64,000 bases of DNA from positions 930,001 to 994,000 of the forward strand of contig OZ251229.1 in the NCBI GenBank assembly GCA_965240325.2, given 5' to 3'. Position 1 is the first letter of the stretch. Each line of letters starts with the position of its first letter. The notes beneath the pieces were generated by a model, which saw nothing but the letters and a program-made list of their open reading frames with translations, searched no databases and was not told the DNA's origin. Made by a program: the position numbers and the translations under genes. This DNA comes from Rebecca billardiae RCC1528 (lineage: Eukaryota > Protista > Haptophyta). Below, in pieces: positions 36,916 through 48,826 of this stretch.

Positions 36916-38143
36916 GCGCGGAAATGTTCGCTACGCAGAAATTCGCCATATTCGGCGAATTCGGCGAATTCGGCGAATTCGGCGAAGAAGCGAAGGCTGA
37001 GGCCAAGGGAACCTCCCTTGCTGAGGCCATTCGGCGAATCTGCCCATCCCTGGCGCAGCGCGGCAGAGGCTGTGACATCGCGAGGTCGCCGCTCGCCAGT
37101 GGGACTCGCCCGCCCGCCGCCGTGCACGGCGGCGGAGCCGCTCGCGCCGTGCGCTCCTGCGGCCGTCGGATCGGGCTGCGTAGGCGGCGCGCGGCTTGGG
37201 CCGTCGCTGAGCCACCCAGCGCCCCTCGCTGCGCCGCGCGCCTTCCTCGTCCTCGCCTCCTCCGCGCCTTGAAGCAGCACGCACACGCGCGGCGCCGCCA
37301 CAAAAGCAGCGCAGGCGCTCGCGTGCAAGCGCGCGCGCGCAGCGCGCGACGGGCTCGACTCAGGGCTCGCGCCGCTGCGGGGGCATGCAGCACCATCACA
37401 TGCGCGCGCGACGCCACCTCGAACTTGCGCATCGCTGTGACCGTCACGCGCCAAATGCTCACACGTCCTCGTGTTGAAGTAGGCCCAATCTGACCAGAAC
37501 CTGCCATGCGTCAGGACGACTTCTTAGGCAAGACACGATGACAGCTACGTACGCGGCGCTTCTCAGCAAGCGTGGAGACCACAAGAGAAGCGCACGCAAG
37601 CATAACCGTCCCCGCATCGATCGCGTCGACGTACTCAAGGCCCGTTGTGGAAGCTTCCGTCGCACGTGTGATGATGCCAAGTCAGACCATTTTGTAACGT
37701 GCATCAGCGTGCACTGACGGTCAAACGCGCAGGCTCGAGGTGGCGTCGCGCGCGCATGTGATGGTGCTGCATGCCCCCGCAGCGGCGCGAGCCCTGAGTC
37801 GAGCCCGTCGCGCGCTGCGCGCGCGCGCTTGCACGCGAGCGCCTGCGCTGCTTTTGTGGCGGCGCCGCGCGTGTGCGTGCTGCTTCAAGGCGCGGAGGAG
37901 GCGAGGACGAGGAAGGCGCGCGGCGCAGCGAGGGGCGCTGGGTGGCTCAGCGACGGCCCAAGCCGCGCGCCGCCTACGCAGCCCGATCCGACGGCCGCAG
38001 GAGCGCACGGCGCGAGCGGCTCCGCCGCCGTGCACGGCGGCGGGCGGGCGAGTCCCACTGGCGAGCGGCGACCTCGCGATGTCACAGCCTCTGCCGCGCT
38101 GCGCACTGGCTGTTGCGGACCCTGGACACCCTTGGTCGGGCGG
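36061..38143. mobile_element. Foldback element with ~430-bp arms and ~300-bp spacer, inserted in the PSMA3/TIR bidirectional promoter
   Basis: The left arm (36061-36114 plus 37061-37425) is the reverse complement of ~37730-38143. The empty site is GGTCGGGGCCCGCCGTG at 19725-19741. Confidence 0.85.
36115..37052. mobile_element. Non-autonomous hAT element nested in the foldback arm
   Basis: 11-bp TIR CAGGGATGGGC/GCCCATCCCTG (Ac-like), 8-bp TSD GCGCAGCG, subterminal TTCGCCGAA/TTCGGCGAA arrays and internal (TA)n at 36841-36912. Confidence 0.92.
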
Positions 38144-38196
38144 CCCCGCCGTGACCCACAGCCACGCGGTCGGCTTAACGTCGTTGCCTTGCCACG

Positions 38197-40294
38197 ATGA
38201 GCTCTGGTCCTCGCATGCGCACTGCCGAGCTGGCGCCCGCTGATGGTGGCGAGCACGATCCCACGGGCCAGCAGCGCACTGAGCGATCCTTGGCAAGCCT
38301 CGCCATACGGGAGTCGCTCGCGCACGCTCGCGACGAGGTGTGCGCCTGCTACCGCGCGCGCGAGTCTGCCTTCCCACCCGTTGCGTTGTGCGCGATGTGC
38401 TGACCGCCCACGTCGCGGCCCTATGCCCCCAGGGTCGTAAGCGCCAAAGGGCGATTCAACTCCCTGCCATCACTGCGGGGCTGACCTTGTTCGCATTCTC
38501 GCTCGCGGTTGGCACGGTGACCCTGCCGAACATGTCGACCGAGGCCCACCGCGTCACGCGCAACGTGGTGATCATCACGACGTACACTCTGGGCGCGCTC
38601 TTCCTGCTGCTCGCCCTCATCCCGACCCAACGGCGCGTCGTGCGGATCGGCGTGGTGCTGTACGCGCTCTTCATGGTGTACACCGTGTGGGCATTCCTCA
38701 TCCTCCAGGTCGTGCCGCACTCGCAGGCGCTGGCTGAAGGCACGAGCGCGTGCAATGGCGCGGGGTTCACCTCCGTTGCGTGCAACCTCGTCCTCGTGAA
38801 CTACGTGCAGGGCCTTGTTGCCGGGCTCGTTCACGTGTGCGCCATCGCCCTCGTGCTGTACAGCATTCGCTCGGCGCGCACCCCGGCACGTGCGCAGCTC
38901 GACCTCATCTGGAGGGTGTTTGCGGTGACGCAGATTGTGATGGGTGCGATGTCCTTCGCTGCAGACATCGGCGCCTCAGCGGGCGCCCTGCCGTCGAGGA
39001 TTGCCCCCTTCTCGTACTCGTCGGTGCTGCTTGTGACTGGCGCGGTAGCTGCGTCCGGCCGCCTGCGCGAGGGTGTGCAGGCGTGGCTCGCATCGCGCAG
39101 CGCGCGCATGACGTCGGCCACGAGCATCAGCGTGCTGCTCAACGGGCTCTCGGCGGACGAGGTGATGCAGCTGGCGCAGAGCTCGTTCCGCTCCGTGGGC
39201 GCGGAGAAGGTCGACGCCAACGGGCTCTCCGGCCGGCTCTCCGCAGCAGAGTGCCTCCGCCAGTCGCAGCCCGCAGCGTTTGGCAGCGTGGACGCGTTTG
39301 TGTGCCACTCGCACCACGACAGCGCGGAGGAGCGGGTCGAGCAGCTGCGGCTGTGGGCGGCCGACTTCACTCGCACGCACGGGCGCGCGCCGCGGCTGTG
39401 GGTCGACCGCTACTGCTTCGAGGCGAATCCCGTTGGGGCGGGCATGGCGTGCCTGCCCGTCTTCATTGCGGGATGCGACCGCATGCTCGTCCTCCACGGC
39501 CCGACGCTCCACGAGCGCCTGTGCGCGCTCGCACGCGCGGCCGCGTGCGCGTGTGCGCACGCGCGTGCGCGCTCGCACCGTGCGTCGATCGGGGCGCCCG
39601 CAGCTCGCCGCCCGGAACTCGCGCTCGAGCCGCGCCGTGTGCACGGGCCGCCCACTGCGCTTCCTGACCCCTTCGTGCGCTCCGCCACACCCCGCCCATG
39701 CGTGTCGTGGCGTGCTGCAGCTGGTGCATCGTCGAGCTCTTTGTCGACCTCACCATTGGCGCGGAGCGCTCTGGCATGATGGATGTGGTGCGGCTGCCAG
39801 GCATGACGGACGCCGCGTCAGACCTCATCGAGAGTTTTGACGCGAATCGTGCCCAGTGTACCCAAGAGGACGACCGGCAGACGCTCCTGACGGTGATCGA
39901 GGCCTATCCTGGCGGCATTGCTGCGTTCAACAGCGCGGCCGCTGGCATGCTGACAGGGCCGCTCCACGCACCGGTGGAGTTGGGCCGCCCGGTGCGCTCG
40001 CGCCGAGTGGCGCCCGGAGGAGCAGCAGAGGAGCCGGCTGCACGTACTCCGGCGCAGGCCGCCGGCGTGGCGATGAATCATTGGACAATGGAGGCCGCGG
40101 CCATGCTCGGCATCGTGCGAACTGAGCCGTCAGCGCACGCGTTGGGGTCGCAGCGAGCATCGCCCGGCGATGCTTCGGATGCAGCACAGTCTCAGGCAGG
40201 CATCGCCACTGCGCGCGGCCCGCGCACCGCAGCTCGTGTCCGTGACGACGACGACGACGATGCCCGCACTGCGACGACCGTAATTGCAGTCTGA
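38197..40294 (+). CDS. ~6-TM TIR-like protein (allele 2); exons 38197-38337, 38433-39520, 39721-40294
   Basis: Colinear with 19785-21882; about 9 amino-acid differences counted by eye. Confidence 0.75.
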
Positions 40295-40409
40295 CACCCG
40301 GGGGACTCGGTCGCGGATACTGGTTATGCGATGGGCGAGTCTCGGCTCGTCAGACGTCAGGTCCCGCTACCGCAACGGCGCCGGAGTCCGATCACTGCTG
40401 ATATAACAT

Positions 40410-40416
40410 GCACAGT

Positions 40417-40460
<44 letters not shown>

Positions 40461-40852
40461 GACACACAGTGACACACACACACTGACACACACACACACA
40501 TACTTATATATGCTGTATAAGTATAGATATAGATATAGATATAGATATAGATATAGATATAGATATAGATATAGATATAGATATAGATATAGATATAGAT
40601 ATAGATATAGATATAGATATAGATATAGATATAGATATAGATATAGATATAGATATAGATATAGATATAGATATAGATATAGATATAGATATAGATATAG
40701 ATATAGATATAGATATAGATATAGATACAGATATAGATATAGATATAGATATAGATAGATAGATAGATAGATAGATATTGATAGATAGATAGATAGATAG
40801 AGATGGATATAGATAGATAGATAGATAGATCGATAGACGATAGATCTAGATA
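40410..40852. repeat. Compound microsatellite (CA)n-(TAGATA)n-(TAGA)n
   Basis: Directly visible. Confidence 0.95.
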
Positions 40853-40881
40853 GCTGGGGCGGATGAGTGGGGCAGGATTTA

Positions 40882-43403
40882 TGGCGCACGGCCCCCCCCC
40901 GAAAGGTCTGAGCGTGAGCGAAAGCCGCCAGCCGGGGGGGGGGGGCGGCGCACGTGCTCCGCAAAATCAAAAAGAGGATGCGCGCAGGATTTTGGGGATT
41001 TTTCGGTAGGTGGCCACCGGCCCTCCGCGTATGAGTGGATTTCGCTGCCAATGATTGCGTTTGTAGTAGATGCTAATTTTAACGATAGTAACACTTAGGG
41101 GAATGCCGGGTGGAATAGCACATGACACCAGCCGTGTGTTCGAACATTCCGTCATAGTAAGATGCTTGAATTGTAAGAGCCTGAAAAAGCTCGCCAACCA
41201 TAGAAAAGAGAGGTTGAGTCAGATTTTATGTCGCTTGAAGTAAAGAATTATTATGCCGGCATCTGAAGTCATGATTCATGAACCGTCGCTTCTCAGTGGC
41301 GGATATCATCAGGTTAAGGCCGTTAACTCGTTAAGCCCCTTGTTAAAAGCCCCTTGATTACCCTTGATTCATACACGGGTAATATATATTTTAAGCCGGA
41401 AGGCGCTCAAAATTGCTCAAAATACCCAAGTGGGCACTGGGTGCCGGGTGGCCCGCGAAGTAAAGTACAGTTTACTATTATTAACGTGCACACTTGGTTA
41501 ACATTCGCTCGTCGTTCGGCGCTTTGCGTACTCACATTCGCGCGAATCGCATCGGCCCATTATCCGTCGTGTCGCGAGTTCACACTTCACATTCACACGA
41601 ACCGTCACTTCCTCGCTAGACATTTCACGAGCGAAAGGGCACGCTGAATAATCGCTGATAGTGGCACGCTGGTATCATCTTGCATTTGACATACGAGCGT
41701 CGGAGCAACCTCGCGCGGCCTCGGCGTCCCGGGTCCGAAGCCGACAGAGAGCGAGAGCCCACGGGACGAGCCCGAGGGTCGCCCTCGTCCTTGCGGTCGG
41801 TCGCGCGACGAACGGCTCGCGTGCGGCGCCAGCGAGCAACGCGGGGCGCGCGGCGGGCTCACGCGCGAGGCCGCCCACCACGCGCACGCGTGCGAACCCG
41901 CGCGCCGCCTCAGCTCGAGCACGAGCGCGAGGCGTGGCGCCGGCCCGGTCGGGCGGCGGAGGGCTCGAGCTGCCGACTGCGCGCGACGAGCGCCCTCGCG
42001 TGCGGTGCCAGCGGATGAAGCGGCACGCGCGGCGGGCGCATACGCGCAGGGCCGCCATCCACGCGCGAGCGCGCGACTGCGTGCCTTCCACGAGCTGCAG
42101 CAGGCGGCCGCGGGTTGGTCGGCGGACGGCAAGGTCGGCGGAGTGCCGGCCCCGCGGTCCGGCGTTTCGCTTGGGCGCGGGCCACACTCTCACTCACAGC
42201 GCGGGGCGTGGTGCTGCAGACGGGACAGTCATTGCAGCGCGCACTCCGTGCCCAGACGTGCACACGCGCGCGCGTCGTCAGCCCCGCCGCGGCGCCCCTG
42301 TGGCGCCCATGGCCGAGCGTCGGAATTCCGAGTCTCGGGCAACCGGCCCGGCGTGCCATAGGTGCGCGCAGCTGCGGCGGGTCCCAACGGCCGTCGGCAT
42401 CGCATTCGTGCCTCGCTCACCCCGCGCGCCCCGCCCTGCCGACCCGCGTCCACGCGCGTGCGCGCCCGTCGCGCAGCCTTTTCGGTGCAAGCTCCGTTCT
42501 GCTGGTGTTCGAGACTGTGGCTGGCGCAGGCGCACGAGGAGAGGGCAGCGCGAGTGTCTGCGTGCTCGCTGCATCTTGCTGCGCGATGGTCCGCTCGTCT
42601 GCTCCCACGATCTCGACCGATCTCGTCTGGGAGCGGCGAGCGCACGATCAGCTTGCAGCTGCCAACACAGCGCTCGGCGTGAGCAGCCCGCGGGAGCGGC
42701 GGTGGCAGTGACCGAGCTGCGCCGCACCGCCGGCCGCACGCGCGTGCGCCAGTTGGGTGGCGTCGTGGTCTCGCCTTTCAGCCGTTTCATCCGCCGCTCA
42801 GGCCGATTTTACGCCGTCAGCAGCCATTTGTCGACGCGCTACGCGTCAGACGGCTGACGAGCCGGGTGAGCCGCCTGTGGGCCGTCAAGCCGCATCACCC
42901 AGCGCAGCTTCGCCCGCGACGACGGCTTCGCCTGGCTACCACTGCTCATCAGCCGCGTGCTCGGCGGGCTCGGCGGGCGTCGTTCGGCCGAGCACGGCTG
43001 CAGCGCAGCACGCGTAAGTAAGAGGCCGTGGAGCCTGGAGCGCCCCGACTGTGACGCGGATGGCGGAGGCGCCGGGCTTTGCGGGAATTGGGCTCGGGCT
43101 GCCATGAGCCGCCACGGGCTCGGGGCTGTACCGTCTGCGCAGATCGCGCTCGGCCCGGCCGCAGCCCTCCTGAGCGCGCGCCTCAGAGCTGAGACTGATC
43201 ACGGGCCGAGGCGCACGAGCGACACTGCCATGCGGCTCGGTGTCGAGCCGCTGCGTGTGAGGCTCGAGGCGCGGCGCTCGCACGGGCTCAACGCGGGCGC
43301 AGCGGGTGCGCGCAGCTGGCGCACGCAGCCACGCGCGGAACTAGCTAGGGCCGTGCGCCCTCAACTTCGTTGTTTACTACCCGAAGATCGGCGTAGCCGA
43401 TCA
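40882..43403 (+). mobile_element. Non-autonomous Helitron2/Helentron-like element, subfamily B
   Basis: 5' T-GGCGCACGGCCC; inverted copy GGGCCGTGCGCC at 43348-43359; hairpin GATCGGC-GTA-GCCGATC at 43386-43402; A|T junction; absent from the homologous site near 31785. Confidence 0.78.
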
Positions 43404-43734
43404 TAATTGATTATTCGGATAGGCGCGGCGCCGGTCCGCCGCCCCGGCCCGGGCGGCCCGCGCGGCCGCGCCCGGGGTCCGCCGGATTCAGTCTCTCGAA
43501 GTGTCGAGTGCTAAGGTTGCTCATCATATGTGCACTTGACGAATCTTGATAGTTGATGCACTCACCGACAGTCGTCCGACTACCGAGTCACGAACCAATG
43601 ACCGCGACTGTCGTCACGAGTGTCTGTCGTCGAGCGCGAACCGTCGAGGCACTTTGCAGCGGCTGCCGGCGCCGAGTCCGCACGCAGCTGCAGCAGCACT
43701 GCTCGGCACGCCCACCGCGCTGACTGGCACCAGG

Positions 43735-46007
43735 CTACTCGGCCGCGCCCGCGCCCGCCGCCGGCATCGGCGTCATCAGCAGCTGCAGGAAGGCAGGCGC
43801 CAGCCCGCACTTCTTGAGCGCGCTGAAGCTGAAACCGCCGCCCGCAGCCTCGGCGGCGCCCTCGTGCGAGCCGACCATATCCGCGAGCTGGCAAATGAGG
43901 TCGTCCACGCTGAACGGCCCCGTGCCCACATTCGTCGTACCCACGCCCACCACCCCACTCGGACCACCCTCGTCCGCGGCCGCGCCGCGCGCGGCCGATG
44001 GCTCCGGCCGCGCCGGCGTGCCGCCGAGCTTGCGCGCGGGCATCGACGACGTGGCCGCGCTCGGCCCGGCGGTGCGCTGCTCGGCGGTGGCGGCGCGCGT
44101 CGACTCGGCAGCCCGTGCCTGCGAGCGCGGCTCAGCCCGCGGCGTGTCTGCCCCGCCCACGTCCACGTGTGCGCGCACGTCTGCCTGCCGGCCTGCCACG
44201 GCGCGCGCGCGTGAGAAGGGCTGCACAGACTCGGCCTCGGCGGAGGAGCCCGCGGCTGCCGTTGCCGCGGCGGGCTGCTGGCCGGCGTCGGCGTCGGCGA
44301 CGGTCGCGGCCTCTGCGTCGTTGCCGGCCGCGCCGTGAACAGCCGCGTGCCACTGCTGCAGGTCTTCGCGCCCGATCCTGCGTCACGCGGACAAGAGCGC
44401 GCAGCAGGCAGGGGCGCGCGTGGTGAGCACTCGGGGGGAGCCAGCGCAGGCAGGGTTGGACGTGCGCGCTTGCCGCGCGGGCCGGCCGCGGCGGCGCGTG
44501 CTCCGCAGGCGCGTGCCGTCCGTCGCCGTCGATGTCGAGGCAGCGCACCCACGCGCGCAGCCCGTCCTCCGTGCTCCCGCCGTCCTCCACCCACTCGACG
44601 AATCGGACGAAATCTGCATGGCTCATGCGCTCGCGCCCGCCCGCGAGCGGCAGGGCAGCCCCCGAGAAGGCCCGTTGTACGACCAGCTCGGGCACGCCCC
44701 ACGCGCCGGCGTGCGGTCGCGCGTCGGCGGCGCTGATCAGGCCGTCGCGATCCGCGTCCATCGAGGCGAACTGCGCCGAGGCCGCGAGGTTCTTCACTTC
44801 CGTCTGTGCGTGTGCGGGCGCGTGCAGATAGGGAGTCGGCAGCGCGCGCGCGCGCGCACAGCAGGTACTCTGGCTGAGCGAGCGCGCACGAAGCGCCCAC
44901 CGAGGCGCGGAGCGCAGCTGACCGTCGCGCGCGCGCGCGAGGATGAGCGGGTGCGCGCGGCAGCGGCGCGCGCACCTGCAGCTCGCCCGTCGCGCCGCGC
45001 AGCGCCTGCAGCCGCTCGTGCACGAACGCGTGCTGCTGCGTGAGCGCCTCAATGGGCACCGCGTGCATGGACACCGCGCCGTCATCGTCCTCCGAGCCGC
45101 TGCCCTCGCTGCGCTTCTCGTCCGAGCCCTCCTCACCGGTCTCGACGGCGTCGGCGGGGAGCAGGACGGCCCACTCGCGCGTGTCCACGGGGATCCACGG
45201 CGCGCTGAGCAAGATGGCCTCGTACGCGCCGGACTCCTCGGCGGCCGCGCCCGACCCGCCGCCCTGCTGAGCGCGGCCGTCCGCGAGCGCCGCCAGAGTG
45301 CGCAGCGCGCGGCGCACGGCCATCGCGCTCGGCTGCTCAGGCGCGAGCTCGGAGATGGCAGACGCGGCCTCGACGAGTATGCCTGCAGCCCGCTGCTCCA
45401 GCACCGCGCACTCCGCGATCGTCGCCGGCGGCGCGCCCTCCTCCTCGGGCGGTGCGCTGGCCGCCTCCGCATTGGCGTTACTCAGCAGTTCGAGCCGAGC
45501 GCGCCGCTCCGTGGCGGCCTCCGCCGCGCCGAGCTGGCGCGCCGCGGTCTCGAGCGCCTGCTCGAGCGCGAGCGACATCTCGTGCCGGTAGCGCAGGTCG
45601 ACCTCCGCCTCGTTCACCTCCTTGTGCAGCGCCTCGCTCTCGTCCTCCACCGTGCGCAGAGCGGTGGCCAGCTGCTCCGCGCGCTCGGCGAGGCGCGAGA
45701 GCTCGTCGAGGCGGCGGCGGCGATCGTCGCCGGTGGGGCGCGCGTGCGGCATTGTCGCGCTTAGGGACATGCTGCGACGCACACGCCCTCCCGCGAACGC
45801 GCCCTTGCCGCCCGAGTACGACGCGAGCGACGGCCGACTTGCGAGCAGGCCGGCGCCATGGAGGCGCGCTGAGTTGGCGCGCGTGACACGCCGCGGAGCG
45901 GCAGGCTGACCGTACGCATACGTAGCAGATGCGCTCGACTGCTGCTCGCGCGGCGGTGCGCCGCGCGCCGCAAGGCCGTCGTTCCACGCTGGACGGCTCC
46001 CAGCCAT
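43735..46007 (-). CDS. Coiled-coil plus EF-hand protein resembling the PP2A regulatory subunit B'' C-terminal domain; multi-exon (one intron 44804-44975, others uncertain)
   Basis: FASMDADRDGLIS, VVQRAFSG, MSHADFVRFV..ED, WVRCLDIDGDG and DLICQLADMV..LKKC follow the B'' (PR72/PR70) motif order. Confidence 0.65.
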
Positions 46008-46346
46008 CTGGTCGCAGGCCGCGGCTGAGGGCGCGGAGTAGAGACCGCGCTGGCGGCTCCGCCACCCCGCATCAATTGCCCGCCGCCGTGAAACGGCCGA
46101 CGCGCGGGCGGCCTTTTGGAGTTTTGGTGGAAAGAAAAGGGGACGCGTGCGCCCGTGCGCCCGTCGTCGTGTGGTCGGTCATCAGGGCGCGGACCCCGCT
46201 GGACGGGCGCGAGACGCGGCGACTCGCGTGGTGGGCATTCCAGGGAGCGTGCGGTTCTCGAGGTCGTTGTGGCACGCCAACCGTCCCGAGGTGTTCTGAC
46301 TGCTTACCTTTAAACAAGCCTCTCGACGGCTTGCGCCCGTGGAAGG

Positions 46347-46988
46347 ATGGTCCCATTGTTGATCGAGCTGCTTCTCTCGTCCATGCCCGCTGGCCGCCTG
46401 CTTGGCCGACGTGCCGTGTGCGCGGGCTTTGGGGCAGCGGCGGCGTCGACTCTCTGCCCACCCCGCAGAGTGTCTGCTGCACCCGAACCAGTGGCAGATC
46501 TGCGGCAGACGCTCTCTGCCCTGGACACACTCGTCTCGCGCTGGGAGGAGGCGACCTCCGACTGCCGCTTTGGCGAGATCCAGCGCAAGCTTCTCGAGAC
46601 GGCGTCCAAGGAGCGCCTACTCGAGGAGGCGTCGACGTTCTCGACGTTCAATAAGGAGAAGAACATGGACGTGATGTGCAAGCGCAGCACGCGGCTCGTG
46701 CGCGCTGTCGTGGACGGGCCTGGCGCGAAGCGCGCAGAGGCACAACTGCGCAGCCTTGCTGTGATCGTGACAGACGAAGATAGGCTCGTCGACCTCGTCG
46801 AGACGTGGGCCCAAGCACGCTCTGCGGCGAGCGCGGCGGCATTTGCCTCGCAAACCGGGGACTTGAGCGCGCTTAACACGTACAAGCAAGGTACCGACGA
46901 CGGCGGCTCCGAGAACCTGCTGGAGGCGCGGCGCAACGTTGTGCTCGGTGCCGACACGCTGCGACAGGCCTTGGGCCTGGTTGGGTAG
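46347..46988 (+). CDS. Uncharacterised protein, probably thylakoid-lumen targeted
   Basis: Signal-like N-terminus, twin-Arg GRRAVC followed by a hydrophobic stretch and a VSA cleavage-like site; helical body. Confidence 0.6.
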   Translation: MVPLLIELLLSSMPAGRLLGRRAVCAGFGAAAASTLCPPRRVSAAPEPVADLRQTLSALDTLVSRWEEATSDCRFGEIQRKLLETASKERLLEEASTFSTFNKEKNMDVMCKRSTRLVRAVVDGPGAKRAEAQLRSLAVIVTDEDRLVDLVETWAQARSAASAAAFASQTGDLSALNTYKQGTDDGGSENLLEARRNVVLGADTLRQALGLVG

Positions 46989-47761
46989 CACCAGCGGGGC
47001 CCCTGAGCACGAGTCATCTTGCAACCCTGCACGCGGAGGGGTAGCATGACACAGCAAAGCCCGTTGTCATCATATCACCATCACTGCTGAGGCTGAGACT
47101 TGTTGCGCTGACGTGACTCGGACCCGCGGCCGCCGTCCCTGGGCGGTAACTCGAGTAAGTGGCACGGTAGCTAGCCGGCGACTAAGTAGTAAGTCTAAGG
47201 AATAGACTAAGCTATACAGCCAGTACAGTTGATATGCTGACAATATGACATCATCAAATCATCATTCACTACTGCAGGCTCTTCAAGCATATTAATATAT
47301 ATATTGTAACAGTTATATATAGTACGGTGTGACACGTTACTCACTTACCCGTCGTTACCGACACGGCGGCGGCAACGTACTCAGTAGTTGAGTAGTTACT
47401 CACGTAGCCGGCTGACTCGGCTCGAGGACTGCAGCTAAGCGGTGCCAGTGGCAATCAAGCTGCGGGCCGCGCCCGTTACTACGGCGGCGTGGCACTGGCA
47501 CTTGGCAGTCGCGCCCCGCGACTGAGGCCCGTGGCACCTGAGTCACCGACGGATGACACAGACGTCACCGTGCCCGTCGTCATCACTCATCGCAGTCGTC
47601 AACGACGGACTTGACAACGGTGCCCATCACACGGCCACGGCCACGGGCGGTTCCGATTCCGAATCGGAACGTTGGTCTGCCTAGTGACCCACGTGCATCG
47701 TTGCAAGGCTCTGTCACGGCAGACGGTCGCGTATTATCGCAGCCAGCGCATACTCGACGTG

Positions 47762-48826
47762 TCAAAACACGCGGAAGAACTGCCCGCGGCATTTCCAGTG
47801 CCCTGGTCCGAGATCAATCGCCATCGCCGCCTTCTCGCGCAGGAGAGCAAAGCACGCCGTGTCGGGGATTGTCGTTTCACTCCGTTCGAGCATTCGGGGA
47901 GAACCGTCTGCGCGCTCCCCCACAAGGCCAAGCTGCTTGAAGTACTCCAGGCAGCTCGCACGGCGGACCCACGGCTTCGAGGATGCCCAGAAGTGGTGAA
48001 CGTGGTACTTCGGATCTATCGCGGGCATGTGCCTCTTATCAAGCATCGTGTACACAGCCGCGAGCAAGCCCTGGTCAGCGGCGCCTCCGACCGTGTTCCA
48101 CGAGTTGGTGCGCACCATCATCGTGGCGTTGTACAGCCTCACATCGGCGGGGGAGAGCAGGTCGCGCGGTCGGCCCATGTACGCAAAGCCGTGGGTCAGG
48201 TTGAAGCGCATCGAGCGCAGTAGCCCGGCCCCCAGCTCGAAGTGGTGCTTGGTCGGCTTGAGCAGCACCACGCCCGCATTGATCGGCACGAGCGCGTCGT
48301 GCGACGCGAGCACGAGCGCGTCCGAGCGCATGAAGCGCTGGTAGCCAGCCGTCCAGGCGCGCTGAGCGCGCGCCAAGTACTCTTGCAGACCTATGCGCCG
48401 GCTCGCGAAGAAGAGGTCGACGTCAATGTCCGTGAGCAGGATGGCCTCGTATTGTGTCTGCCGCACGATGTCCCACTTGGCAAGCGTCGCGCCCGCAAAG
48501 CCCGCATCGAGAAGGTACCATTGGCCCGCCTTGCGGTGGCGTTCGCGCTCCAGCTTGCGGTCGAAGACATCGTGGGCGAATCTCCACGCCAGCTCGGCAA
48601 ACTGCGGGTCGTACGCGATGACGCGGAGCGCCGGCTGCGGGCACTCGGTTCGCACAATGGTCGGCTGGTTTGTCCAACTCACGGCTTCGGCGCGGCCACG
48701 AAAGAAGGGGAGAGCGGCGAATTGAGTCGCGTCACGACACCACTTGACGATACCGCAATACAGCACCGGGTTGTGGTTCGTGGGCTGGAGGAAAACCGAC
48801 GTCGCGATGGCGATTTTCGCTGCCAT
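47762..48826 (-). CDS. GT8-like (glycogenin-type) glycosyltransferase
   Basis: YEAILLTDIDV (DxD), INAGVVLLKP, DQGLL and HHFWASSKPW. Confidence 0.85.
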   Translation of the reverse strand: MAAKIAIATSVFLQPTNHNPVLYCGIVKWCRDATQFAALPFFRGRAEAVSWTNQPTIVRTECPQPALRVIAYDPQFAELAWRFAHDVFDRKLERERHRKAGQWYLLDAGFAGATLAKWDIVRQTQYEAILLTDIDVDLFFASRRIGLQEYLARAQRAWTAGYQRFMRSDALVLASHDALVPINAGVVLLKPTKHHFELGAGLLRSMRFNLTHGFAYMGRPRDLLSPADVRLYNATMMVRTNSWNTVGGAADQGLLAAVYTMLDKRHMPAIDPKYHVHHFWASSKPWVRRASCLEYFKQLGLVGERADGSPRMLERSETTIPDTACFALLREKAAMAIDLGPGHWKCRGQFFRVF

